Source of the DNA: a bacterium
GTDB taxonomy: Bacteria; SM23-31
Direction: 5' to 3'
DNA: 64,000 bases
Assembly (NCBI GenBank): GCA_965249485.1
Contig: OZ252239.1
Location: 128,001 to 192,000, forward strand
Position numbers and translations under genes: made by a program. Under the pieces are notes generated by a model. The model did no database searches. It worked only from the letters and a program-made list of their open reading frames with translations, and had not been told where the DNA came from. Below, piece by piece: positions 10,728 through 22,011 of the stretch (positions within the stretch are counted from its first letter, which is position 1; every line of letters begins with the position of its first letter).

Positions 10728-11642
10728 TCATTTGAGTTTAAGGATACGTTTGACATTACCTGCGAATACATTATGTTGGTCATCCTGATTTAAACCAATA
10801 GAATTTAGAATATCCAACTGTTCCCTGAAAAGATCGTCTCTCCAGCCGCGAGGAAAGACCGATGAATCAGTCCCAAACATGATCCGCCCGCTTCCAAATA
10901 TCTCAAACGCCTTTTTGAAAACATCGGTCATGGTTATACTCTCAGGTTGTGTCCGTATCCAACTGTTCGAACTTGATGTGTCAACGTAAACGTTTTCGCA
11001 GAGTGAGCCAAGCATGAGGGTTTCCCGAAAAAAACCACAGCCGAAATGCGGGATGACAAAAATTGTTTCAGGAAACCTGTTTGCAGTCACCTGGAGATCC
11101 AGTGGATTTCCATAGCGTATATCAAACGGACGCGGTAGCCCGATCGCATCACGAAGTGGTATCGAAAGCAACCCGAAATGTACAAGAATGACCATGCCGT
11201 AGAATGCAGCGGCTTTCAATACAGGGATTATGGATTCATCAGATATACTGTAACTATGCATGACCGGAAAAAGGAGTAATCCCTTTAAACCTTTTTCATG
11301 AACGGCATGAACAGAATCAACAGCATTCTTGGCACATGGATTTAGAAGCGTAAAGCCGGTCAATCTGCCTGAACTGAATTGTACTGCTTCTGCAACGGCA
11401 TCAGATTCCTCGAGAAGACTGGCAAAGATTACCATTCGGCTGACTCCGAATTTATCCATTTCCGCATGCCATTTTTTTGTATGTTCTTGAACGTTACTAT
11501 TGGGGATTTCTACTCCCTGGCTGCTTTGAATAAGATGCAAAGATTTTTCAATATCGGCGTTTTTGTTTTTCTGTTGTATAAGTGCCGAGAAAAATTGATA
11601 AGAAAAGAAGTGTGTATGTGCGTCTATGATCTCATGTGCCAT
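10728..11642 (-). CDS. Amidohydrolase_2 family metal-dependent hydrolase
   Basis: IDAHTH, VHFG, PHFG, YVDTS, FGTDS. Confidence 0.88.
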   Translation of the reverse strand: MAHEIIDAHTHFFSYQFFSALIQQKNKNADIEKSLHLIQSSQGVEIPNSNVQEHTKKWHAEMDKFGVSRMVIFASLLEESDAVAEAVQFSSGRLTGFTLLNPCAKNAVDSVHAVHEKGLKGLLLFPVMHSYSISDESIIPVLKAAAFYGMVILVHFGLLSIPLRDAIGLPRPFDIRYGNPLDLQVTANRFPETIFVIPHFGCGFFRETLMLGSLCENVYVDTSSSNSWIRTQPESITMTDVFKKAFEIFGSGRIMFGTDSSVFPRGWRDDLFREQLDILNSIGLNQDDQHNVFAGNVKRILKLK

Positions 11643-11792
11643 TTTATTTACAATGGAATGTTAGAATTTATTTGACATTTCCCATATCAATTCATTAATA
11701 GAAAATAATTGGGATTTTGTTGAAAGATAAAGCACATGTAAGATATGATATACTTCGTCAGAATGTATTGAAAATTATGATATATATGTGGC

Positions 11793-11841
11793 TTTTACAA
11801 GTGTTTTCTGCCCTCCCCCCGGGCTGTACGATTTACGAACC
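11793..11841. repeat. Repeat A copy
   Basis: ttttacaagtgttttctgccctccccccgggctgtacgatttacgaacc. Confidence 0.9.
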
Positions 11842-11891
11842 TGTTGCTATTGCATATTTGTTGTTCAAAAGACAAAAGGTGTATTGTGTTA

Positions 11892-12787
11892 TTAATTTAA
11901 AAATCCATCGAGCGTGGATAATTTCGGCGCTCTTAAAAATCTTGCAACGGTCTGCTCATACATCTCATACATCTCCGGCATCATTTCCTTCAGTTCGTCA
12001 CTATTCTTAATAGTCCAATTACTCCCTCCCATATTTTGAGGTCCCAAACGGTTGATATGAATTTATAACTGAACTCCTGAAGTATTACCCTTAACCTCCG
12101 TTCTTCATTTTCGACTCCACTGTATTTTTCTATGATATATTGGTAGTCGTAATACCCCTTGGCCTCACTTTCCAGCAAAAACCTATAAAGCTGTGAATCC
12201 TTTGTAACAGCCCATTCTTCAGGAAAGGTGTAATGAATTCCAATGTCATTCGCGTAATGTAAAATGTGCTCAACGACCTCGTGTATCTGTTCGGGTCCAG
12301 GTTCAAGTTCCATGATAACGTCGCATACACTGTTCTGACTTCTTGTAATATTCCACGCCGCCAGATCTTCGGGAGATGCGATACGGTCTCTACCCTTATA
12401 GAGAGGGATCAAAACCCTGTATTCGTACATATTCCTGATAAACTGTTCTTGCAGCTGTCTGTCGATTAATTCGTCCTGTGGAAGAGTCTCTGTTATTGTT
12501 TGAGAGACTCTCCGCATAAAATCATCGGTTACATCATCCCGAGCGACAAGTGTATAGCCGTAGACAGTAATCTTTTTTGTGAATGGTGGATACTCATCAG
12601 TCGGGACAACACCGGTATTCATATACAAATCACTGGGTGCCGAAGTTGCCCTCGAAAGCATGACGCATCTTCCCCCATAATGGGTCTTCGCTGTATCAGT
12701 TGCAACCGTTTCGGCTGTTTCCGAACTACAAAAACTCAATAACAAGGTTAAAGAAAAGATCGCGCAAAAAATTTGTCGGGTAAACAT
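11892..12787 (-). pseudogene. Zincin-like paralog with frameshift near 12035
   Basis: The ORF stops at 11990, but another frame continues WTIKNSDELKEMMPEMYEMYEQTV..LDGFLN*, matching the C-termini of 2023 and 35077. Confidence 0.75.
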
Positions 12788-12829
12788 CAGACACCTCCTT
12801 CAATAAGTGACGATTGTGTTTGGTGGAAC

Positions 12830-14260
12830 TTAATTAATGAGAATAAGCTCCTTTTGCGGTGGAGATAAATACGCGACTCCACTCTCGGTGGCAATCGCCT
12901 GCTCATGATCCCAAAATAATAAATATTGGTCTTCGCGTTCGTTGGATGTAGGCGACGGCATATAGAAAAAATATTCTAAAACAAAGTGATGATTGGGTGA
13001 AAGTGGTATATCTAAAGTCCATTCCGGACCATTAGAACCAATCCTGGGGCCAAAATAAATACCGTGCTTTCTCTCGTGCGCTCCTTTTCCCATGCCATGG
13101 CTGTCGATAGCAATTTGGGTTTTTTCAGGATCATAGCCTATGGCATAAACGGGGAAATCGTTCTTTGGCTGAACCATATGCAATTGGGAATCCCTGACAA
13201 TAAATCCTTCCTCCTCAAATTTCAGGGTGTAGTTTTGAATTATCTCACGAGGAGTAAGTCCCGCCCTGATGGTTTCAACCAGAATCTTTTTGATTTTCTG
13301 GTATTCTGCCCAGAGTTTTTGGATTTCCAGAGGGGGTCCGGTCTCTCCGTCACGGAGCACATAGGCGAACATTCCCTGGCTTGGTGCTGCAACGATGTCG
13401 CCTCTCTGGACCACGCTGTTTTCCAAGCCTGCACTCCGTCCCCTTTGTGATAATCCAGTGCTCATCCGGCGAAAGACAACTACATCCACCTCATAATTTC
13501 CGGTTTCACCCAACTCGCGAGTGCTGGTTACACCCGGCACGATTTCAGCAATGGTTTTCTTTGCAAGTTCAACTTCGTCCTGACGCATTTTCTTAAGGAG
13601 TTCGATTTCGCTCGGCACCGGAGTTATTTGGTATTCCATCATTACATATTCAGACGAGACCAGCCTGTCCGCGTAGGTATCACCGAGCTCTTTCGTCAAG
13701 AGGAGGTAATCTATATGTGAAATGCCGTCTTGTGCCCTTGGGGAAGTCGCCCACGTTGCCAGATTTTCCCTGTAATTTACCGCAATGCGTTTGGGATCAC
13801 GTGCTTCAACAAATTCTCTGAGTCCTTTAAATCGGTAATCATATTCTGTCATTGGGTTTACCACAGGTTGCTGCACAAAAACCGGGTCGTAGATTATATC
13901 GTAGGCTCCACTTTCTTCAACCAACGTCTCCCTCTCTCCCTGTTCACGCTGCGTAGCTCCCCAGCGACGTCCGAGGACCGCCCGTTCGATCCTGTCACCA
14001 CCACGGTCTGTGAATACGATGAGACCGGAGGTGCTGCCCAAGTCTTCTGCACCAAAGGGATCAGGATTTTCTATTCTCATTACATGAATCCACATGTCGA
14101 CATTGTTCTTTCGCATGGCTTGAGGCAGAACGAGGTCAAACTTTTCCCGGCGAATCTGATTATTCCATCCCTTCAGATCGTCCATTTCCTGAGCCTGTAC
14201 ATTGGCAAAAGATACTGTAAACATCACAGAAATTAAAAATGCCAATACTCGAGATATCAT
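12830..14260 (-). CDS. Secreted M24-like (Xaa-Pro peptidase fold) protein
   Basis: IRREKFDLVLP..VDMWIHV, DRIERA, RDPKRIAVN, IVPGVT, QRGD, late H and E motifs. Confidence 0.75.
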   Translation of the reverse strand: MISRVLAFLISVMFTVSFANVQAQEMDDLKGWNNQIRREKFDLVLPQAMRKNNVDMWIHVMRIENPDPFGAEDLGSTSGLIVFTDRGGDRIERAVLGRRWGATQREQGERETLVEESGAYDIIYDPVFVQQPVVNPMTEYDYRFKGLREFVEARDPKRIAVNYRENLATWATSPRAQDGISHIDYLLLTKELGDTYADRLVSSEYVMMEYQITPVPSEIELLKKMRQDEVELAKKTIAEIVPGVTSTRELGETGNYEVDVVVFRRMSTGLSQRGRSAGLENSVVQRGDIVAAPSQGMFAYVLRDGETGPPLEIQKLWAEYQKIKKILVETIRAGLTPREIIQNYTLKFEEEGFIVRDSQLHMVQPKNDFPVYAIGYDPEKTQIAIDSHGMGKGAHERKHGIYFGPRIGSNGPEWTLDIPLSPNHHFVLEYFFYMPSPTSNEREDQYLLFWDHEQAIATESGVAYLSPPQKELILIN

Positions 14261-14403
14261 GACGTGTTCCTCTTTTTAAAAAACTGATATTCTCCCTATC
14301 AAATCTCTAAAATAGATTAATTGGGAGTGTGTATGAAATATGATGTATGTCGTTGGAACAAGTCCGACATTTAGAGTTGAAATCTTTGAGAAATATTTTG
14401 CTA

Positions 14404-14445
14404 TTACAAATATTTTCTACTCACCAGGCTGTACGATTTGCGAAT
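14404..14445. repeat. Repeat A copy
   Basis: ttacaaatattttctactcaccaggctgtacgatttgcgaat. Confidence 0.85.
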
Positions 14446-14447
14446 CT

Positions 14448-15923
14448 TCAACGAATAAGATGGATCTCACTGGGCGGTGGAGTTAAATACACAATTCCAT
14501 TCTCGGTGGCATGCGCGCCGTCGTGAAACCATAGATTTAGACGGTCTTCTTTGTCTTCTGTGGCAGGCAACGGCATATACATGAAGAATTCCACGGCAAA
14601 GTGGTGAAACATTTGGAGTGTTATCTCATGCTGATAATCCGGACCTAAAGAACCGATCCTGGGGGGATATGATCCTTTTCCCAGACCATGCAAGTCGATT
14701 GAAACCTGGGTTTTTTCAGGATCGAGATCTTTATCAAATCTTTGTGCACGATTGACAATAATCCCTATTTCGTCAAGTTTCCACTTGATAATTTCGAATG
14801 TTTCCGCCGCGGTACGGCCAACCTTGATGTTCTCGTCTAAGACTTTGCGGATTTTCATCCCCTCTGACCAGAGTTTTTGGATTTCCAGCGGCGGTTCCGT
14901 CTCTCCTTCACGGAGCACATAGCCGTATTCGATTTTCATTTCGAAGAAGTTCCCGAATTTCCAAAGGTCCCTGACGCCTTCTAGATCGTAATCTCCTTCC
15001 GCCCCATGGTCGATGATAAAGAAGTCGCCTCTTTGGACGACATTGTCTCCACGTGTTCCCTTTCCAAACCTATTCCTGATAGAAAGACCTCCCTCGTAAC
15101 CGGTACTAAGATCGCTCCGTTTGGTCACACCTGGGACGATTTTCGCGAAATCATTCTTGAACGCCTCTTCGAACTCCTCGCGTATTTTCTTATACATGAC
15201 AAGTTCGCTCTCGACGGGTCTTGATAAGTAATCGAAAATCAGCATTTCAGACGAGACCAGCCTCTCGGCATATTTGTCGCCAAGCGCTTCAGTCAATAAA
15301 AGGTAGTCTGTATGCGAAATACCATCGTTTGTGGGCGTACTTATGATCGGTCCGAGCTTATGCTTAAAATTCAACGCGATACGTTTTGGGTCACGTTCGG
15401 CCACAAATTCTCCGATACCCTGGAATCGATAATCATATTCTGTTTTCGGACCGCCCACCGTTTCTCTCCGGGGAATGGATTCGCTTATGATGTCATAGGC
15501 CCCGCATTCTTCAACGGTACCCGGATCCGGATTTGGAATAGGATACGAACCATCATTAGAGCTCCATCGACGCCCGAGAGCTGCCCGCTCGATCCTGTCA
15601 CCGCCTCGGTCTGTAAAAATGAAAACACCGGAATTACTACCGAGGTCTGCATAAAAACCAGAATTTACGTAGTTACCGAAGGAATGAACATTGCCTTCCC
15701 GCATCACGTGAATCCACATATCGATTCCTTGCGCCCGCATGACCTTAGGCAGGATGAGATCGAACTTGTCCCGGCGGATTTGATTCGTAAGCTCCTCGAT
15801 GCTGAGCTTTTTCAACTCCTGCTCATTGGGTATTAAAAATGTCGATTGGGCTGATGTAGTAACACTCAGACCGAAAAACACGAATAAAGAAAAGATTGCA
15901 CAATAAACTTGTCGAATAGACAT
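14448..15923 (-). CDS. Secreted M24-like protein
   Basis: Same family motifs as 12830. Confidence 0.75.
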   Translation of the reverse strand: MSIRQVYCAIFSLFVFFGLSVTTSAQSTFLIPNEQELKKLSIEELTNQIRRDKFDLILPKVMRAQGIDMWIHVMREGNVHSFGNYVNSGFYADLGSNSGVFIFTDRGGDRIERAALGRRWSSNDGSYPIPNPDPGTVEECGAYDIISESIPRRETVGGPKTEYDYRFQGIGEFVAERDPKRIALNFKHKLGPIISTPTNDGISHTDYLLLTEALGDKYAERLVSSEMLIFDYLSRPVESELVMYKKIREEFEEAFKNDFAKIVPGVTKRSDLSTGYEGGLSIRNRFGKGTRGDNVVQRGDFFIIDHGAEGDYDLEGVRDLWKFGNFFEMKIEYGYVLREGETEPPLEIQKLWSEGMKIRKVLDENIKVGRTAAETFEIIKWKLDEIGIIVNRAQRFDKDLDPEKTQVSIDLHGLGKGSYPPRIGSLGPDYQHEITLQMFHHFAVEFFMYMPLPATEDKEDRLNLWFHDGAHATENGIVYLTPPPSEIHLIR

Positions 15924-16080
15924 AATTGAGCCTCATTCATCTAATATATATTCTCTAATCAATTCTTAAAAAGAGCTTAATTATAGGTATGTGTTTAATG
16001 AAGAAAACTATGAGAATGTGATGTACCCCGTTCATGGTACTTTGATTTGTTTGATAAAAATGGCAAAATATACTGTTGGC

Positions 16081-16124
16081 TTTTACAAGTCTATTTTGCT
16101 CCTCCGGCTGTACGAATTGCGAAT
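16081..16124. repeat. Repeat A copy
   Basis: ttttacaagtctattttgctcctccggctgtacgaattgcgaat. Confidence 0.85.
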
Positions 16125-16132
16125 CTAAATGC

Positions 16133-17521
16133 TCAACGGATCAGTAATATCCGTTCGTTTGGCGGATGAAGAAATTCAACTCCCCGGCTGGATACAACGT
16201 GATTACCTTCAATATTCAAAGAAATAGGGAAACCGGGCCGCTCAGGAAGGTTCACATGTACCATATATTCAAATGCGAAGAAATGGTTCTCTTCGATCAT
16301 CAGATGGTCGCGGTCTGACCGAAAAGGTGCAATTGAGGGACCGACAGTCTCGAGGCCGCCGTTATTATTGCCTTCAGTGTGAAGGTCTATGTTGAATCCT
16401 GGCTTATCGGTATTTACGAGAGCTTTCTGAATCATCTTGTAATCTTCGATGCCGTTGTCAATATACGGTGTATAGATGTAGCCTTCACTTTCCAAGTCGG
16501 CAACGATTGCTTTCAGTGTTGCGCCGGCGGTCCTGCCAATTTTAACGTTTCTCCGGATGACTGCCTGCGCTGCCATCGCTGTATCGTAGGCATACTGAAT
16601 ACTTTCGGGGACCTTAGTTTCCCCTTCCCGCATAATATATGCATCCCGCTTAAAATCTGTCTGAAAGTAGTCAAGATACCAAATGCCGGTATCAAATGCA
16701 AAAAAATCACCCCGCTGAAGAACATAGTCGTCGTGACAAATCCACCACCGTGAATCCGGCGGATCGATAGGTTCAGACACTGCCGAATAGAGAATCCTAG
16801 GCAATGGTATTTCCAGCTCATATCCTCTTTTTATCAAACCACGCTTAAAAAACTCCTCCGTTATCCACCAACCTACATCTTCCAGCGTCGTTACACCTGG
16901 TGTGATAACTTCATTCGTCAAGGCGCGTTCGAGAATTTGACGGTGTACTTCCAATGCATTGGTCATACCTGAAACTTCCATGAGTGTCCGTCGTGCCCTG
17001 AAAGATGTGATCACGTTCTCGGCAGACACGATTCGTGAAGTATATTTCGGTCCGAGGATTTTCTCCAGCTTCACATATTGGGAATGTGAAATGCCATCGG
17101 CAATAGCGAGCCAATCCGATGTGTTGACTGCTATTGTTTTTGGATCACGTTCAGCTATAAATTCTCTTAATTCGTCGTAAACTGAGAAGTCCACTTTGCC
17201 GTAATCATATCCTTCAATAGCCCGTGCAATTGCACTTGAACCTTCTACATCAATATTTGCAACAGTTCCTCCGCCGCCGAATACAGCCCGTTCTATCCTG
17301 TCTCCCAGATTGGTAAAAATCAAATAGCCTGACGTCGATCCAAACTGCTGAGCAAGCGGATCGGGATCTCCATCGCGAGTAACATGGATCCACATGTCCA
17401 CTTTATTGTCGCGCATGGCCCCTGGCAGAATAAGGTCAAGTTTTTCGTTTCGTATAAGACGGAGCACTTCTCCGCCGGTTTTTGACGTATGCATTCCATG
17501 TTCTCCAAGCATCATGTACAT
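16133..17521 (-). CDS. M24-like protein without an evident signal peptide
   Basis: Family motifs; ITPGVTTLEDVGWW; QRGD..DTG..TDFKR retains both Asp positions; start uncertain. Confidence 0.78.
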   Translation of the reverse strand: MYMMLGEHGMHTSKTGGEVLRLIRNEKLDLILPGAMRDNKVDMWIHVTRDGDPDPLAQQFGSTSGYLIFTNLGDRIERAVFGGGGTVANIDVEGSSAIARAIEGYDYGKVDFSVYDELREFIAERDPKTIAVNTSDWLAIADGISHSQYVKLEKILGPKYTSRIVSAENVITSFRARRTLMEVSGMTNALEVHRQILERALTNEVITPGVTTLEDVGWWITEEFFKRGLIKRGYELEIPLPRILYSAVSEPIDPPDSRWWICHDDYVLQRGDFFAFDTGIWYLDYFQTDFKRDAYIMREGETKVPESIQYAYDTAMAAQAVIRRNVKIGRTAGATLKAIVADLESEGYIYTPYIDNGIEDYKMIQKALVNTDKPGFNIDLHTEGNNNGGLETVGPSIAPFRSDRDHLMIEENHFFAFEYMVHVNLPERPGFPISLNIEGNHVVSSRGVEFLHPPNERILLIR

Positions 17522-17933
17522 TCAATTCAAAAGATTTTTAGTGACAAATGATACGATAAGCAATTGACTTTTACAAGTCATTTCTAATCTCTAATCAATT
17601 AATCAATTACGTCAACTATCCAGCAAACATAAACCCCGGTTTAGTTTCGCAATCAACGGTGATTGACCAATAATCATATCACATAATAAAAGATCACTGG
17701 TGGTCTGATTTGAACGTTACCACGACACATTATGATTTTCAAAACGTTTAAGTATTTCTCAGTAATATAGCCTGGCACACACCGTAAATCATAGTTATAA
17801 TAGGTTTGCTATTTATTTGTATGAGTAATATATTGCGTCTTTAATTTTTATTTTGACACGTGTAGATCGAGTTTCAACCTGAACAAAAAATTAACTGATC
17901 AATGTAAGCACTAAATTATAAGGAGTGAGAAAT

Positions 17934-18935
17934 ATGTCTGTACTTCGATGGGGCGAATTCGGTGAAATTGCCGTTCGGAAAATGGGACAAGTAAAACCGG
18001 GAGAAAGTCTTCTTATTCTTGCTGATACCCGTACCGATATGGAGGTCGCAGAAGCCTGCCTGATCGCGGGGATCAATGCAGATGCCGATGCCCAGATGCT
18101 GGTGATCCCCTGGATGGCTCTGGCGGATACCCGGGAATTAAACCGGGTAACAGTTGGAGCTATCCGGGAAGCGGATGTCATCGTTGGGCTCTGTGAAACC
18201 ATGTTCGTTTCGCAGGAGACAACCACAACTGCTCGTAAAAATGGAACGCGCATTGCCTCGACTGTTGTTTCGGGAATGGAAAATTTCGCCATTGATGGCA
18301 TTGTCAATGTTGATTATGACAAGATGATATCGATCGCCAATAAAGCTATTGAGCTTTGGGAGAACGCGGATATCTGCCGTGTGACGTCGAAAGCCGGCAC
18401 AGATATTAGCTTCGGCATGAAAGGCAGGCCTGCCCTGTTGGGAGACGGGATGGCCACAGTGCCGGGCGAGGCGGATTTCTTCCCCGGGGTTTCCATAGCG
18501 AATGCTCCGGTTGAAGAGACAATAAACGGTACCATTGTCATTGACGGCAATATTCCGCCGGGGAGGCTTGTCAATGAACCGGTCACCTGCCGCGTTGAAA
18601 AAGGAGTCATTGTGGAGATTACAGGGGGAGCTGATGCAAGTACTCTTGAGGGGGAGTTCGCAACAAGCGGAGATCCGATCGCGAAGCACATATGTCATTT
18701 CACACTCGGATTAAATCCTCAGGCCAAGACAACCGGTCATTTGCATCAGGATGAACACGTGCTCGGAGCTGTCACGTTTGGCAGTGGCAGCCAGGACCCT
18801 GACTTCAAAGGGAATGTCCCGCCATCCAAGGTGCACTTTGATGTTGTGCTTCCGTCTTCAACGATATATTTGGATGGTATCATCATGTGCGAAAACAACC
18901 GGTTGAATCCGGATATGGGCTTAGGAGGACTTTGA
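17934..18935 (+). CDS. M29 (aminopeptidase T-like) metallopeptidase
   Basis: VKPGE.LLI, GTDISF, GTIVIDG, GLNP.A, DEHVLG, HFD; AGGAG RBS at 17921. Confidence 0.75.
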   Translation: MSVLRWGEFGEIAVRKMGQVKPGESLLILADTRTDMEVAEACLIAGINADADAQMLVIPWMALADTRELNRVTVGAIREADVIVGLCETMFVSQETTTTARKNGTRIASTVVSGMENFAIDGIVNVDYDKMISIANKAIELWENADICRVTSKAGTDISFGMKGRPALLGDGMATVPGEADFFPGVSIANAPVEETINGTIVIDGNIPPGRLVNEPVTCRVEKGVIVEITGGADASTLEGEFATSGDPIAKHICHFTLGLNPQAKTTGHLHQDEHVLGAVTFGSGSQDPDFKGNVPPSKVHFDVVLPSSTIYLDGIIMCENNRLNPDMGLGGL

Positions 18936-19097
18936 ATATTAGGACAATATTGACGAATAGCATGGTTAACGAATGGAAAACATTTTTAAAATCAGTAAAA
19001 CCATTATGGTTTTAAAGGGAGGGAATGTTGTTGATGTTAACCCTTAAGAGGGACTGAAAGATTTTTTTGAACTGTATTGTTGAGAAAGGCAAATTGA

Positions 19098-20387
19098 GTG
19101 GGCCGATTTCCCCGGATAGGTTCTGATACGTTAGCGTCGTTTAAATATCCCGGATACTTGTGGTTCTGGCTTTCTATGACGGCCGTCGGTTATGCGAATA
19201 TTGTGGGCCAGATTGCCATATACTGGCTGGCTCTGGAACTCACAGGATCCGCTTTTGGGGTCGGTATTGCCGTTGCATCCAGAAGTCTGCCACGAATCAT
19301 TTTGGGCGTTCCATTCGGCGCTCTCTCTGATCGCTATGACCGATGTACAATTCTCAAGATCACATTTTTCGTCGGAACTGTCCTGGCAGCGGGAGCGGTT
19401 TTTGCGGCTTTAACAGATAATCTTTCCTTTGCAGTGCTTGTGGGTGTCGCTGTTTTTGCGGGCATACTCGATGTTGCCGAGAATTCGGTCAGCAGAGCAA
19501 TGGTTTATGACCTGGTCGGTTCAAAACAGGCGCTCAACGGCATGGCTCATTTGGTTCTGGCTAACAAGGTTTCCGGCGGGCTTGGCGCTTTGAGTGTTTT
19601 TGCCGGAGTGTTTCTGGCACAGATGGGTTCCAGTGGTAAATTCGGAGTAATGGGCGTCGCCTATTTCTTTGGTGCTTTATTACTCTTCGGAATAAAACAT
19701 TCATACAGAAAAAAGCAAAATATCGAAGAATCAGCTTCCCCTGAAGAGCAACCAACTATTAAATTCACAAAATCTTTGGTGATGTTCTGGAGAAACAAGG
19801 GCCTTCTCCCTCTCGCTGGAATCACCGTGATCATGGAAATTCTTGCTTTTTCGAGCGAAGTATTACTTCCTACCTTCGCCAGGGATGTGTTCGGTGTCGG
19901 TGAGTCCTGGCATGCCTTTATGACGGCGATGCGGGATTTTGGCGGCGTTGTCGGGGTTCTTGTGCTGGCAGGTATTTCGACCCGTGTGCGCCAGGGGCAC
20001 CTTCTGGCGCCGATTTGTGTGATGTTTGGCCTTGGTTTGATCGCCTTTGCTTACTCTCCAACATTTATTGTTGCCCTTATTGTTCTTTTCATTATTGGTG
20101 TGATGTGGGCAAGTGTTGATTCGGTTCTTCCCACACTCGTACAGTATACTGTCAAGGATAATGAGCGCGGAGCTTCTGTCGGTGTGTGGAATCTCAGTCG
20201 CGGTTTCGGACCTTTGGGTCAACTGGAAATTGGCGCTCTCGCCGGATTCGCCGGTGCGTCATTAGCTCTTATGATCAACGGTAGTATTATTGTTGCTGTA
20301 ATTACGGCGATAGTCATTCATTATAGAGCAAAAGGTCTCCCCTGGTCTTCTGAAACGACTAATCCGGAAGTTGGATCAACCCCCTGA
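19098..20387 (+). CDS. MFS transporter
   Basis: About 12 hydrophobic segments; G.LSDRYDR motif A. Confidence 0.9.
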   Translation: MGRFPRIGSDTLASFKYPGYLWFWLSMTAVGYANIVGQIAIYWLALELTGSAFGVGIAVASRSLPRIILGVPFGALSDRYDRCTILKITFFVGTVLAAGAVFAALTDNLSFAVLVGVAVFAGILDVAENSVSRAMVYDLVGSKQALNGMAHLVLANKVSGGLGALSVFAGVFLAQMGSSGKFGVMGVAYFFGALLLFGIKHSYRKKQNIEESASPEEQPTIKFTKSLVMFWRNKGLLPLAGITVIMEILAFSSEVLLPTFARDVFGVGESWHAFMTAMRDFGGVVGVLVLAGISTRVRQGHLLAPICVMFGLGLIAFAYSPTFIVALIVLFIIGVMWASVDSVLPTLVQYTVKDNERGASVGVWNLSRGFGPLGQLEIGALAGFAGASLALMINGSIIVAVITAIVIHYRAKGLPWSSETTNPEVGSTP

Positions 20388-20568
20388 TATTACTGGTTCC
20401 CTGTCCTCCGGTACCGATAAAGGCGACGTTGATCTTGTTGCTTGGTGCGAACCGTCCTATGACACAACTCGGAACGATCGTAAATGCCGCTGCTGGTGCC
20501 ACCGAGCTGCCGATAAATTCACGCCGGATTAATTTTTGACGCTGCTGCATGACATATTTTTTCATCAT
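20359..20568 (-). pseudogene. N-terminal fragment of a Tat-exported Gfo/Idh/MocA oxidoreductase
   Basis: RREFI Tat motif and APSNKINVAFIGTGGQG Rossmann start, truncated against the MFS gene end. Confidence 0.7.
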
Positions 20569-20969
20569 TTTCTTACTTTATTCCGTTCAAGAATGGAGGT
20601 TGATCATCGTTTACTCTGGGATTTCCATATTGTGCATTATATTGAGCTTACTTTTAATTATTGAGGGCTTCCGATAGGAACATAACTCTTTTCAAACACT
20701 ATACCGTCATCGAATCTGGAGAATTTGCCACCAAATTAAGGTTGGGCACGATTACCCCCAATGCTCATGCAACTGCTGCTATTGTAACTATGCCCACTTT
20801 TTGAATATAGCTAAGACCCCTCGTTTTCGTTAAAAGGCAGTTCAAAAAAAATGCGACCACAATATCGAAAAATAAACCAAAGAGCATCATTTTGGTCATA
20901 TTCGCCTTAAAGGTGCACGACCATATAGGCAAATGGAACCTTCTCTATTTTTTGATTAAGCTCCAAAAG

Positions 20970-21353
20970 TTATGAAAAGTAATTTCGTTCCCTAAAAATG
21001 ATACTAAAGAAGAGTATGCTTGCAATTAAAGGATAATAAATAGCATTGCCGAAAACTTCTTTAAATGTAAAAAGTGCTACTATGCTATTTAAAATAAAAA
21101 TTCCATTGTATAACATTCCAAAATTTGCACCCCATTTTAATTTTTTCCACATTGCATACAAAAATAATAACGGTGAAATAAAATCAAGGAGTACAATTAC
21201 AATTGCTGAAGAGGTCCCTTTTAACAAAAATCCAAAAAATGCAATTTCTCTTTCAGGCGACGTTACTAACACAACTATTGACATTACTGCCCATAAAAAC
21301 AAAACTATGGATAGAATTTTCAAAGATAATGGTAATGATTTCCAACTTTTCAT
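20970..21353 (-). CDS. Hypothetical membrane protein
   Basis: Four hydrophobic segments; AGGAG RBS before ATG 21353. Confidence 0.7.
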   Translation of the reverse strand: MKSWKSLPLSLKILSIVLFLWAVMSIVVLVTSPEREIAFFGFLLKGTSSAIVIVLLDFISPLLFLYAMWKKLKWGANFGMLYNGIFILNSIVALFTFKEVFGNAIYYPLIASILFFSIIFRERNYFS

Positions 21354-21509
21354 ATAACTCCTTTTTTCTTCCGTTATATAAGCTTTTCTTTGAGCAACAT
21401 GTCGCGACACGGTATGAGGAAATTTTGTCCACGTCGAATTCTAACCGCATAGAGCGACGTAATAGAAAAGTACTTAAAGATAAGCATCCACAATGAATTT
21501 TTTTATTTA

Positions 21510-21821
21510 CTACATCTCCATCATCTGGGAGACACGTAGTGTTCCGCCATTTTCTAAAAACGGATCTGATTTTGCAATTTCAATGGCAGCCTCAATGCTT
21601 TCCGCTTTAACAACTACAAACCCATTCATCGCATTTGGATCATTTTCATCTTGAACATCACGTGAAGTTACAATTTTTGTGCTCATTAAAGGTGTTCCTG
21701 GATTGATTACATTTTCACCAAGACCTTCTAACCAAGCTTTCCATTTCCCCATCTGAGCTATGCCCTCTTCTTTTGAACTCGGCTGGTTTCCTCCGTAATA
21801 TGCAATCATGAAATTTACCAT
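21510..21821 (-). CDS. YciI-family protein
   Basis: W..WLEGLG..PG.PL, G..VVKAES.E.A..IAK.DP. Confidence 0.8.
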   Translation of the reverse strand: MVNFMIAYYGGNQPSSKEEGIAQMGKWKAWLEGLGENVINPGTPLMSTKIVTSRDVQDENDPNAMNGFVVVKAESIEAAIEIAKSDPFLENGGTLRVSQMMEM

Positions 21822-21981
21822 AATTTTTCTCCGTGTAATTAGTTATTATCTATTGATGTTTTATTCATAACAGGCTGCCTTATATACGTTTTTAAAAATT
21901 ATGACCCAACCGGAACCGTATCCACCGCGCATCATCTCAGCGAGATCTCCAATGGCTTCCCAATTGCTCTGCGTGAGTTTT

Positions 21982-22011
21982 TGGACCGAGTCTGACGTTT
22001 TGCGAACCTTT
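21982..22011. repeat. Repeat A' copy
   Basis: tggaccgagtctgacgttttgcgaaccttt. Confidence 0.85.
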
